The notes below the pieces were generated by a model, which made no database searches, was not told the DNA's origin, and saw only the letters and a list, made by a program, of their open reading frames with translations. The position numbers were made by a program, and so were the translations under genes. A DNA stretch of 63,432 bases, filler included, from Choristocarpus tenellus KU-1152 (taxonomy: Eukaryota > Protista > Phaeophyceae), in the NCBI GenBank assembly GCA_964200185.2. It is 12 parts of 12 records of this genome, joined end to end, with 100 filler letters (N's around TTAATTAATTAA, not from the genome) between each part and the next. Parts side by side here need not be neighbours in the genome. Positions count along the whole stretch, not along the records: positions 6,991 to 22,820 come from CAXNAD020000921.1; positions 22,921 to 26,226 come from CAXNAD020020910.1; 10 more parts are not named here. One strand, written 5' to 3'. How positions within the stretch are numbered: position 1 is the stretch's first letter; each line of letters starts with the position of its first letter. This document shows positions 13,664 to 26,326 of the stretch, piece after piece.

Positions 13664-14059
13664 TATGTCGAGCCCAGAGCTAGTTTTCCTCACTAAAGTA
13701 CCCCAAAGTGGTTAATACTGAAGTGAGCACATCGATGCCTACTAGTTAACAGCAGGAAACAGGGAAAAGGGAGACAAAGGTAGGATTAGTGAATAATGAT
13801 AACGGAGGGGGATGGATGGCAGAGCCGCGCGACCCTCGCGAATCCAGGAGCTGCTCCTCACGGACAATATCCATTTCTAAGATATAGATGTATGTTGTAT
13901 CTTCTTGCAATCTCACACACTATCAGTATACTACAATGGAGATATCTCAAAGTACTTCTGAACACCAACTCACACCAACTCGGTTGATCTCAACCTTCAG
14001 TGTGCTGAAGTCCTCGACCACCTACGCATGTCCGTGGCCCTCGCTAATGCACCAACTAT

Positions 14060-14960
14060 GATGGAGGTGGCTGAAACACTCTCCAGCCAATAATGGGAAA
14101 TGGGTAGTGTATGCGCCTTGAGAACCCTCCAGTTGAGCTACTCAAACTTGGCCTAGAGGCGTTGCTATCTCTCACGGTTTCGATAAGATTGTGTTGGCTA
14201 TGTGGAACCAGAAAGTTACGCCTCTGGTGTGGAAGGATGCGGTCATCGCCATTCTTTAGAAGAAGAAGGACCCGACTGACTATGCCAACTCTAACATACC
14301 GGCATCTCATTGGTGGAACATGCTGGGAAAGTACTCCTTAAGGTTGTTGCAAGCCAGGATACTATCTGAAATGAGAGAATATAATTCATCAGGAATAGTT
14401 CAACAACCTGGCCCGACTTTCCATAGTGGACATTATATACACTGGACGTGCCCTCCAAGAGCTTGGGTGGGAAAGGCTTGTTTGTACCCCGATTCATCTA
14501 TTTTTTGAATCTACAGAAAGTGTACGACTCTATTGGTTACGATCTCCTGTGGGTTATTCTGAGTAAATTTGGCATACCTGCGAAGACTATTTATTATGTC
14601 ATCGCAAATTTCATGATGGAATTTGATGATGGAATGAAGGCATGTGTTAGCGTAAATGATTGCGAGTGCACTGAGTGCTCTTTTGTTGGACAGGACCTTC
14701 GTTAGAGGTGTTTTCTTGGTCTGAACCTCTTAAATATATTCTTCACTGCAGTTCTGAGTGTAGCAGTTAAGGAGTTCACCTCTCTCTGATCGGGTCCATC
14801 ACCAAAGATCTTGTTTTCAATCAAGAAAGCGGTCAAAATCAACCAGATCAGAGGGAGAGGGGTAGTGCGGAGTGAGACAACATTTGAGGGGCTTTTTTTG
14901 TGGGGTATTCTTTATATAAACGATGGAGTCTGGTCACATCTCTGACAGCCCTGGACCGGC
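14060..14960 (+). mobile_element. Non-LTR retrotransposon (RTE-like LINE) reverse transcriptase remnant
   Basis: Frameshifted RT motifs: WKDAVIAIL.KKKD, HAGKVLLKVVA, FLNLQKVYDSIGYDLLWVILSKFGIP, GQDLR, LLNIFFTAVL. Confidence 0.85.
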
Positions 14961-16659
14961 CATATCGATTTTTTTTTGAGGGGATCATTCACTAGCCTGA
15001 TCTAGTTGAAACTCTGGCGGTCCCGATTGGTATTGTTGAAACGATGTATTATTATAGAATCTTTCTGGGGTTGGTCTGTGGTCCGATTCTGTTCAAATCT
15101 ATAATGGTTCTGTATAAAACATTTACTATTCATAATACTCCGAGTACTACATAGTACTATGTTAACCTGACTAAACCAGCCAAAATATGTCGAAGGAGCC
15201 TCAAACATGTGGGAATACTTTGGACCTTTACAAATCTTGATGTTGAAATCTTTCATCTTTGGGTATATTGGGGACGATCATTCTTTGCATGGTTTACAAC
15301 ATGTGATCGCGTACGTCTTTTGCAGGTAGGTGAAGTGTAGACACACCCCACACATCAAGATACGGTCGGTATGCTGCTGTCATTGCACCAGTCAAGCTCC
15401 CTTACCTAGGAGGAATGCGGCAGCATTAGGTGAATGTGGGTCTTAAAAGTCCTACTTAAGAGGGTGAGGGTAGCCCTGTTGCCAATTCTACACATCAACA
15501 TCGACCAGACGACGAGCAATTCCTCCAGCAAGCAGCACATAGACATTGGCAAGTCTTTTTACACTCATCCTGCAGTGCTAAAGTGAATCCTTTGTAATGT
15601 CATATTGCGGCACTCATAATGGGGTGCTACCAAAACACTTTGGAGGGTGTTAAGCCAAAACTTTATGATACACATTAGAAAAATGATAGAACACGGCATT
15701 TTGTGTGATGGTGTGACGTATGTTACAATAAAATGACATAATGTGTTACGTATGTTTTGGATTTGAGTGTCATGGGCATAAGATAATATTAAGTGTTTTG
15801 ATATCCAAGAGACGATATACTTATGTCATCATAATATATTTTCAACCTGCCGCTCACAGGACCAACTTCACAACACCTACTACATACGTATTATGTTTTT
15901 ATTGAGTCTGTGATCTGTAGGCCACCAGTATACCTCTCCGGTTGCAATCTTTGGCAGCCTTCTGGACCAACCATATTAAACCTTGCTCCACCGGGACTGG
16001 TCTGAAGTCTGATGTCATTGTAAACACTGACGGACGGTCTTGAATTGACCCTGTTAATACATTTTCACCACGGCTGATCCACTATCTGGCTGGACGAAAT
16101 TCACACTGCACTCATCTGATCCGTTTAAAACATGTTCACAGTCCATGGTCAGATCCCGTCGCATTTATCCAGTCTGGTAGAGAACTTTGCGGCACAGGTG
16201 TGTGTACCTAGCTATTATCCCCCCCAAACCTGTTTTTAAAGGATCAGTCGGTTATAGCTACTAAGACATAGTTCTAGCGCTATAGTATACAGGTAAGAAA
16301 CCTATACATTCCTCCTGTGTTTACACTTCACAAGAGATTCGTGCGACAATTTATACTCCAGAGTAAATATTTATGAACTCTAAATACAGTTGAGCTCTAC
16401 TTCTAGAGGTTTACTTCTTCCTACTAAATGCGATGAACCATCAGACTAAGCCTCTCAAGATGCATTGTGAGCACAGAAGCACAATAGAGAGAGGGGAAGA
16501 GCCGGGAGAGCAATGAACTGCTTTGAGGAGCTAGCAGCCTCAGCGGATGTCAAATCTACAGTGCACTGGAGGTGTGCAACCTTTCACCATTGACCAAAAC
16601 TCGCACATTGATATCTTATTCACCATGAAGGCAAGCCCTCTCCAACGTGTCCCCTATGT

Positions 16660-17020
16660 TATGAGGACAAGTGTCTCCTAGATGCGTATTATAGTGTAGA
16701 TAATGTCCAGACTGACTGTGGTCTGTGGGGGGTTTCCATTACCTGTGGCATTGTGTGACTGTTGCCAAGGACAAGCAAAGCAATCACTGGGAGGAATATT
16801 ATGGCACCCCAGCACCTTTGCAGGGAGTGGTCAAACGTTTTGGGTCTCTCAAAGGCAGGGCAGTTTCTGGATGTAGTGATGACTTGCGAAGTGGTGGGGG
16901 AGGAGGGCAGGCAGGGGGGCATTCAATCAGACAGGGGATGGAGACACACCTTTGACTGATTGAGGCAGTGATGGCACAAGCAGGTATGCCACTTGTAGGC
17001 AGCTGGAGACTTCAGGTCAG
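16660..17020 (+). mobile_element. Very degenerate CRE-like LINE 3' fragment
   Basis: KAGQFLDVVMTCEVVG resembles the QAEGFLDELATH..GG segment of the copies at 32700 and 54300. Confidence 0.45.
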
Positions 17021-17807
17021 GTCAGTCTGATAGTCCTGATAATCTTTTCAATATTCTATTATTATAGAGTGTCAAGATGTGGAGTGCAAGTCTCCAAGTA
17101 CAACTTCGTCACCTTTTCTTCTTACAGGAAAATGAACACGGCGGCACCCTTACACTCTGTACTGAGTTGTAGGAAGGTCATCGTTTATAGCACAGAGATG
17201 ATGGAGCATAAATATATTTATACATGTATTATTATGTTGTGCTTTTGCTCTGTCTTTGCCTCCACACTGACTTATTCAAATTATCATTCTGCCAAAAATT
17301 ACGCATGATGATGCAACACTAGGTGCATGTGATATTTGACAAAACAAAACAGCTATTGATAGGTGAATAATATGGGATGAGAACATCGAGGGGCGGGGTG
17401 GAAGTCCAAAACTCACTGAGAAAAAAGTTTTGGTGTTGTAGTGAGCCGCATGTACTCAGTAGCAACATATCCAGTGACAATGTTAAGAAGCCAGCTTCTC
17501 CAAAGCCCATCTTAGACCGGACACTCTTCCACATATGTAACTCTAATTTTGACCAACTCAACGTGATAGTACATCGAGCATCCACCTATTCTTGTACTGT
17601 ACATAACTGAGAGGCTCGTATGAAGACAACGGGCATGTTGAGGGTTGCAGATAGCACTGAAGAAGTAGCACCCTAGCAATTTCCACAATGTCTTCCCATC
17701 TATCCGGAAGAATGGACATAGACCACTATGCATAGATAGGTATGAATCAAGTATCAATCAGCTGTCCCCCTCCACTATTTACCTTTGAAGCAATTCATAA
17801 GTTAAAT

Positions 17808-19087
17808 TTAGTTAAATATCACTATTGCAGCAACAGGTGCCACAAATAATGCCACAGCACTGAAGTAGGCGATTGGGAAGAATGGTCTGGCTTTCTGCTG
17901 CACGAACAATGCCGCAAGGTAGTAGATGCCCCCAAGGTAGGGGGCCACCTTCAGATACGGGCGTAGGAGAACCACATTGTATGGGTCCAGTTTTCGCTTG
18001 AGGATGGAAAGAGCCATCTGAGTGTTGTTGTCCCAGACTTCTGCCCCACCTGAATTTCGCTTCTCCAGTAGGCTGTTCACAATAGACTGCAAGAGGAGCA
18101 ACCGACAAGGAGAAGCAATGACAAGGGTACAAAATCGCCAGCAGAGTTCATTGAGAAGTGGTGTGTGGATTTGCAAGCACGCAAAATTGCGGGGAAGGGG
18201 TGCATGCTATAGGGACTGCAAAGATGTGGAGGCGATCAAAGCATGTGCACAAAGTAGACCTCATCTTCAAATCCTCTGTTGCAACGAAGCACATTTCACA
18301 ACCTCGTTTATACCACAATGTTCACCTCCTTGGCCATGGGATCCTCAAGCAGGCCATCAACGTCACTATCCAACATCTTGTTGATGTTCACCATAGCTTT
18401 CAGAGTGCTTTCTGGGCTCTTGGCTGCTTCAAGATCCTTGATCAAACGCGTGAGATCTACTGCACCGCCTTCTATCCCGATTGATGGTCCTTCCTCCGCC
18501 AAGGTCATCATGACCGGCGGTTGTTCTCTCCTCGTATCAATTCCTGGAGACGACCCGAATGCCTGCTGAACCATCGAGGCATCAGCCGATAAAGAAGTCG
18601 TTAACACCGCCGCTGTTGCAAGGCAACTCGCCAACGCTTGGGCTATGGGTTGGCGTCTGGACCCGTCTTGCTCAGACATCTTAGTTGATGATGACCGACA
18701 GGAGGAGAAGGAAGGGCGGGACCTGAGGGCGTGAGAATAGCGTGGGGTCAGTCTAGCCTAAAAATTTCTCCTCTTACACATGCCCCTTACTCTTCAAATG
18801 TAGATGGGCGGAGATGTTAGCGTGGTCACCTTTGGCACAGGAAGCTTCAATTTGTAACCTGTGGAAAGGAGTAGAGGGAATATAGCCATACATACGCCAC
18901 TATTAAGTCATTTTTCCCCATTAAGATATTCCAGGGGCAGTCTAATACTACACCAAATGTATTCGGAGGACATACCATCAAGGTTCTACCTGGAAAGGGT
19001 TGACGTAGGAAACTGGGGCGCAGGAACGAAGGATGCTCCTCTCCTCACCATCCCGAGCATACTCATGATGAGCGCTGTGAATCGCAT
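17808..19087 (-). CDS. Plastid-targeted protein of unknown function with two C-terminal TM helices. Three exons: 19087-18990, 18722-18326, 18086-17808.
   Basis: Signal-like MRFTALIMSMLGMVRRGA then SFVP (ASAFAP-like), a Ser/Arg-rich transit peptide, a hydrophobic ALASCLATAAVLTTSLSADA segment, phase-consistent GT-AG introns, and a hydrophobic C-terminus. Confidence 0.85.
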
Positions 19088-19679
19088 GTTTTTGGTGTCT
19101 GCTCCAAGACTGTTACCACTGTACTAGGCACCCAATTCTAGAGCAGTGCACTGCAGGTCCCTCCGAGTTACAGCTGGTTTGCAGGAGGGAGGGAGTTGGT
19201 CTATACTACTTGTATCAAGTTTTCTTGTGGTCTACTCGCTCCCTCTAATACTACAGGTCGCCATGGAGCAACAACTGGAAGGAAATTCTTGTTTGAAACT
19301 TGTAATAAAGTGATTTTCCTGTTCATAATATTGTGATTTGAACAACAAACTTTCGTCAGTTTTAGGTTGCGAGGTGGTAGATGATTGCAGCATGAGATTT
19401 GGGTCAGGACTTGTGGGTTTAAGGTAGGATTTCTGCGAGGCCTAGGCGGTAATGCGGTAATTTTGGACTCGGGTCGTACATGAGTCGAATTGGAGTAAAT
19501 GGAACACTGGATAACAGCAATTGTGGGTCATATTGCACACGGAGAAGAGGAAGTGAGAGGTTGAGGTCACAAAGTGAGGGCCCATCATTCAGGAAGGGAA
19601 GGGAAAAAGGGACTTCGGTACAGGTGAAGGCCTTGAAAAGGGGGTGTCGTTGCCTGGTTATTGGGAAACGACATCAGCA

Positions 19680-21863
19680 ATGTTCAAACACTTCTGGATA
19701 GGTTTTGGCCTCATTTTCTTGGGGTACATCTTCATGAGGTAAGGTTCAACATTCATGTGGGGAGTGAAAGGGGTTCCTTCTCTACACTTGATAAAGGCTA
19801 CCCTGTTCTGGCAAATGCATTGGGTACTGTTGAGTTACAGCTAGAAGCAGAGCTCCTCGCCACCCCTTGAATCTCGCCCACTCTTCCAATTTTCCACAGT
19901 TCTCTCCTGCAATGGGTATTTTATCATCGTCAAGGGAACAATCCGAAGCAATGGAAAGTTCAGCCCTCGAAATCAGGGGTACGTGATTAAACTGCAGTAC
20001 TGCACCCCCCGCAACTTCCCAGATGCCGCCCCGTTGGAATTAGGATGAAACCTGGTGTTAGACACGAGAGTCCTTGAATGGAATTGGTATGGATTAGTTG
20101 TAGCGCAAATTCCCTTCTAGAATCGCAGGAAGAAATTGACGCGGCTATAGTACTACAGTGCTGTAGCTGCAATGTTTATCTCTAAGTAGAGCTCAAGCTG
20201 CGACCAACTCCAACGGCACTGGCTAAGCGTCCATGTGTAGCATGTCTGCACACAAATCAATTTTTGTCAGTCAACATCCCCCAAAAGCTAAGGGTTGGGA
20301 TATGGATGTGGAAGGTTGCATAATCTTGTCGGTAGGCTAAAACGTTTTCGTACAGCAGTTCTGGTGACTCGAGCTTCAGTCCCTCAACCCATGCCCCATT
20401 CCTGTGATCCCCTCTACTAGATCATTGTCAATATTTACGCTAGAGCGCCCCATCAAGAAATTCATTAGAGTAGCATATCCACCCACCCCCCAGAGCCTAA
20501 CAGGACAAGACAAGCACTGCTGGTGGCTTCCGCCTCTCCAACTGCTGAGCAAGGGACGAGGAAAAACCAGGAGGGCACCAAAACATGCTCTGTACAGCAC
20601 AGTCAACCTCATCATAGCTTCTTCCATTGCCGGAACGGTGAGATTATTGTCCATGAAAAAGTCGAACTTCATACTCTGATCTACGTACGTGGGCGAGTGC
20701 AGATACAGGAATCTGCCTCTTTGCATTTAGCGCTTTAGGTAAACGAGACACTGGATGGAATATGTGATCGACCACACTGAACAGTACTATGCAACATTTA
20801 CATTGGAAGTGTCAGTCATGTTATTGGGTCGCACCTCTGAAACAGGTCTGTCATCTTATTGCGTCAGAGGAAACAAAAGTGCACTGGGAAGATAGCAGCA
20901 TGGGCCAGGTGGCAGCAGGTCTGGCTTTGTCCCTGTTGTGGCAAAGCGTTTTGGAGTACTACTGGCATAGGTAATTTTGAGGAAGGTAGCCTTGTCCGAA
21001 ACCCTCATGGCCTTTTCAAGGCTATGATGCTCAGGGTTTTGTTGTATATGATGCTCCCATAGATAGTGCTTTTCTCCTTACAAGTACCACTGCTTTTGAA
21101 GTCTAAACTGGTCTGAATGCAACCTACTATCGTGTTAAAATGCACTCCCTGAGACCAAGGGGCTGCCTTGCACAGGTTGGGTTGCTTTGGGGAGAGGTTA
21201 CACCCGTTGGAGATGATAGCGGTCAAGATTAATCCACACATCATCATACACACTAGGCAGCACTCAGGAAAGACAAGTTCCCGCTGCTTTTGTTCTGATT
21301 TGAGAACAGATACAATTACACGTCCTATCTATACCTTGGGCTTTTTTTTAGTCTTTTTAATTTATCGCATAGTTTACCCCTCACACATCTTGTTTGTTCC
21401 TGTTCGCTCTACACGAAAGAGTTCGCAGGCAGGGGTTGCCCACAACGATTTCTATTCTGACACATTATTCACATTATACACATAATTCTGACACATTCTG
21501 TCCTATTCTGACACCCACGCACTCCCAGGCAACTCAAACCTCGTATTCTCATCCTACCGCCCATAAGTAGACCGATTTTCCCGCTTGTTCTCTTTTCTGT
21601 GCTGTACAGACTGATGCACGTTCCCTGGGTCTATGCCCGCCTGCACAAGCACCACCATTTCTACAAAAGTCCGGAGCCCTTCGATGATATGTACATACAC
21701 CCCCTCGAGGCCCTGGGATATTACCTACAATTGTACTCTCCACCTTTTGTGGTTTACATGCCTGCTGCTAGCTTCGCTGCTTACATGAGTATTTGTGGGC
21801 TGTGTGGTGTCCTTGACCACAGCGGGGTGAGTTTTTCAGTGCCAGGGCTGTATGATACTGCAG
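19680..21863 (+). CDS. Sterol desaturase / fatty-acid hydroxylase superfamily protein (ERG3/ERG25-like), 3' end missing. Exons ~19680-19738, 19900-19978, 20494-20637, ~20846-20970, 21610-21863.
   Basis: Spliced YYWHR|LMH...LHKHHH...HPLE...DHSG His-box motifs, an N-terminal TM segment and WKVQP. The start codon and the 5' boundary of exon 4 are uncertain. Confidence 0.87.
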
Positions 21864-24378
21864 GTGAGAGGGTGTCGCAGGGGCAAGGCGGTCGGTGGGT
21901 GCCTTGAAAAAAGCATTTCAAAACGTTTCAAAAACATTTCAAAAACATTTCAAATAGGGGGCTCTTTTTTTTGTTATTGGTTTTCGGTCTGGTTCGGAAG
22001 TTTCCACTTTTCCGAAGAGTAAGAATCGGGAGTCGGTGGGGCCATAGGTCATTAACCGTTTACTGCAAAAGGTACAAGTAATTCTACAAAGAGTTATACA
22101 AAAGCTTTTTTCTCGAGTCATACTGCACCGCTGACCAAATCAAGCCTCTACTTACAACACTGGCCCTAGTCCTTGCTGCCCATTTATTTCCCAGTCTGTG
22201 TTCTCCTTGCTACGTGTGATCTAAGACTTTGTCTTGCAGCCCCCCCCCCCCCCCCCCCCCCCCCCTCCCTCCTCCCTACCTTTTTCTCCTGGAAACGTGC
22301 AAGAGCTGCAGAGCGCAGTCTTGGACTTATCTTTATTCATCGGGTGATTTTTTTTGTTCTATGTGTGTTGTGAGCATGAACGGTGTGTACTAAGGACCGA
22401 CTATTCGGGTGGTGGAACAGAAACTCCACAGAGTGTGGGCACCTTTTAAGTGTGTCGACCTAGTAGTAAAGGGGACTGTGTAAAGGATCGGAGGTGTTGG
22501 TTTGGGAGGGGGGGGGGGCATAATCAGGTGATGCTGAGTTTTTCTCGGGTGTATGTTCCTCCACCAAACACACACTCATACACACGAAAGTACTGCCTCG
22601 TAGTATACGCATGAGTTGCTGGACATCCTGATTGTATTGCCTCCCCTCCTCCATATACTTCTTTTTTTATAGGATAGGACCTTGGTGATGGTGGTGGCGT
22701 TTTCGATGATGTCCTGTCCTGTTCTCTCGTGGATGCTAGTGAACGGTGACTGGACTTTGCTCTCTTGTTTCGCCCAAGTCAGCCACCCGGCCCCACACGG
22801 TCCGTCCCGTGAATAATCGTNNNNNNNNNNNNNNNNNNNNNNNNNNNNNNNNNNNNNNNNNNNNTTAATTAATTAANNNNNNNNNNNNNNNNNNNNNNNN
22901 NNNNNNNNNNNNNNNNNNNNCAAGCAATGGCAGGGCAAGACTTGCAAGGTGGAAATTATCCAATAGAACAGGCAAGGAACACCAATCTGTTAGGGGGTAC
23001 AAAGTGTAGATAGAAACCACAACAAAGTGCGACATGAGCGATGAACAAATGAAGGATCAAGGAATGATTACGGTCGGCCAATCAGTAGGCTAGCGTCAAA
23101 TTGGCCTAACATGTCAAAGCAAGTTGAAACGCAGGGGAAGGCGGCACATTTACCAAAAGGGAAGTGGAAAAGGAGGGCACACTCGTATCATTCATGACCA
23201 GATATGGAAAGGACGTGAGATATACAACGGATGGGGCACTTTCTTACCACTTCCTTGCTGAAATCGAATTTTCATCCTATTATCCCAGGTGTACCACCCG
23301 GAGTCTATGACCTTCTGCCACTCCTCCATTCTTCACCCTGCCGTTCCTGATCTGCCCCTAACTAGACCAATTCCCATTACCCTTAATCTGGCCTATACAT
23401 ACCACACCCCTTCCAATCTCACTCTCCAATTACGGCATTGCCCCAAAGACCTCTTAAGGCATGGCCTTTGTTCAACAACACCTACACCACACACGCGGGC
23501 TCAGAAGTTCTTGTTCATCACCCTCCGAACTCGATCATGTCACATCCACTGCTCACCAATTTACTACTAGGCCACAACTCATGGCGACAGATCTAGCAAC
23601 CTACCCGCCACATCACAGGCGGGGCTCAAGATTATCCAAACCTTTATCATACAACAGCAGGACTGACAGGCGCACGTAATTGCATCCCCAAACATTTGCA
23701 GTAGGAGAAAGGCACAGTTCCTACGAACGGCGGTGATGTGCAGCACAAAATGTACTGCTACTTACTGAGCATCTGCCAACAACCCAGGTTGTCCCACCAA
23801 CACAAAATAAAGACAATAAGAACAAGCCCAGGCAAGTGCGAGGATATGCAACAGTATCTCCAAGTCACCGCAACTATTTGCCTTCAGTCCCTCCATTGAC
23901 CTAGGGACTGCGAGTGAGGCCACAGCGCGGTCAAATGCCCCTCAGCAGAGGCATCCAGGAGTTGCAGGTCAAGCATTACACCCCCTCAGAAGCTCTCCAA
24001 GGCTGTGCTTGCTGTTGTCATGAAACGGTCGTTACGCTTTGGCTACAGTTCCCGGACGCCTGCTGGAGGGGCGATTTTGACTGCGCTGGAACCTCAAAAT
24101 CCACTGAGGGTCAATAAGAGGGACTTCAAGAAATTTTGGTAACCAAATTGATGCATGCAATTGATGCGTTCAAGTTTCATAATTGTCCAACCGTATTTTG
24201 GTCACCTCGATGTTGGCGACACAGTCGGGATTGTTCACATATCCTCCGTGACAACACCACGCCTTCCAGGATCATTTGCTGCGCATACCATACATACAAC
24301 TTCCTTCTCCTGAAAGCGCGATTACGGTCACAACCCCAACTATGTTTCTCCGACAGCAAAAGTCCCTCGACTTCACTT

Positions 24379-24585
24379 GGGTCAAAGTATCTGGGGGGTG
24401 GGGGGGAGGATGCCGGTGTCCGTTTTTGACCCTGGCTCGAAGTATCTAGGGGGGATGGCGGCTATACATTTGTGGCCAATTTTTTTAATCTCGCAATTTT
24501 TGTGTGATTTGGTTCCATACATTGGATGGATAATTAAAGTGCGCTTTTCCTGATTTTGGTTCAAATGGATACTCTGCTGTAGCCG
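24379..24585. mobile_element. Two truncated, nested MITE family A copies (24379-24433 and 24434-24585)
   Basis: Two TIR-like starts, GGGTCAAAGTATCTGGGGG and GGCTCGAAGTATCTAGGGGG, and a family A internal sequence. Confidence 0.75.
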
Positions 24586-25734
24586 ACAGTGACCATTCAA
24601 GGGAAAAAAAACAATAATCTACTTCAATGCAGGCTAGACAAAAGATCTTCTGGCACTGTCTCTCTCACATCATCAACACAACAAAACACACTCCCACATG
24701 ACCCCCCCCCCCAGATACGTAAGGTCACTTGCAAAGGTCGGATATCCCAACCACAGCTTTTGCTTGCCTCCACCATCTTTCTTTCTCCCTGCAGACACAC
24801 CTCGGCCATGAAACAGTTCTGTTCCTAACTCTGCCTCTGAAATCTGCAACCCAGTACACCACACACCACCCTACAGTAGTAGGTGTGGAATTAGCGAGAA
24901 CAGACGAGCAAAGGATTATCTACAAGCCTGCGTAGATGGCATACTTCATTCAGGGCGGGTGAGGACTTGTTTTGGAGGTGTGGCACGCCAATAAAGCTTC
25001 CAGTAGACGAAGGGAAAAAGAATTACCAATCCAAACAGAGCCCTAACTTGAGCAAAACCCGGAACAACCATGGACAAAACAAAACGCACGCCTTACAAGG
25101 GTCATCCGGAGGAGAAGATTCGGAGTGACGCATACACAGTCACTTACTTTGTTGACACACCTTTCACAATCGGGACTACCATCGGTGCAGGGTCGATAAT
25201 AGCAGGAAGGTCTCCATTCTTGTGCGTGTCCAAGGTTGTACCCCTAAATGGTCATGGCTGGCGCAGGTATTCCCATATCCACTGCTCACTTAGGGCTCTG
25301 TCTCTGCTAAGAGAGCTGCTGTGTCACACACAGTGTAAGATGTTACCACTGTACTGTAGACACCCTAGTTCTACTTTTAGCACTGATTCCTTTTGTATGC
25401 TTGTAGTACACTTCTTAAAAAAAAAATTAAAGCACGCCTGCCTTGTCAAATACAGACATACACAAATAAACATTATATATATAGAGATAGAGAGAAGTAG
25501 GTACATACACATTCTTTTCATGCTCTCTGCTTGTAGAGCCTTTCTGACAACAGGTCGGACCATGTTACTCGTGTGACTGTTTCTCCACAAGTACACTTGC
25601 CAAACATTTGAGCATCACTGCATCGAGCTAATGTGCGATAGTCAATAGATCAACTCAGTACAGTACACACCTTCCACAAAACTACCCCAAGAGGTAACCC
25701 CAAAGGTCAAACATAACGACCTTGCAATCATCAC

Positions 25735-25861
25735 CTGTCAAACACTCGGATTGCGCCAGCAATAGCAGAGGCGGGGTCTGTGGTGAGGTTCCCGTCCTGG
25801 TCGTAGGCTACATCACCGGGGATGGGCACCCCTGCAGTCTTTGCCTCCAGAAGGCCGAAGA
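25735..25861 (-). CDS. Single internal exon of an Ldh_2-family (malate/L-lactate/L-sulfolactate) dehydrogenase
   Basis: [42 protein letters not shown] bounded by AG/GT. It matches the G..IP..A.D..G..TTDP motif of Ldh_2. Confidence 0.8.
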
Positions 25862-26326
25862 CTGCAATGAAGTATCAATGACATATCAAGGACATATCAA
25901 GGAAGTTGTACAAGTGGAGACAACGACATACAAAGGAGGAGTGCAGCAGGGTGCGCGCGCGCGTGTGTGATGAGTATATATATGCTGGAGAGGGATTGGG
26001 ACAAGGGTAGACAATATGGAATGTAAGGATGGCAGGGTCAGGGTTAGGGAAGGGAAAAAAGGGCACAACAGCAGAAAAAAAGAAATGAGGACGCGACTTG
26101 TGCAATTGGATGTACAGTGCAGCGTACTCTTCGAACACTAGACTCCTAGAGGAGTATCTAACATTATCCTAAAGGGATGGGATGTAAGAAAAATATGTCT
26201 AGGGGGGGGGGGGCAATGCTCACAAGNNNNNNNNNNNNNNNNNNNNNNNNNNNNNNNNNNNNNNNNNNNNTTAATTAATTAANNNNNNNNNNNNNNNNNN
26301 NNNNNNNNNNNNNNNNNNNNNNNNNN

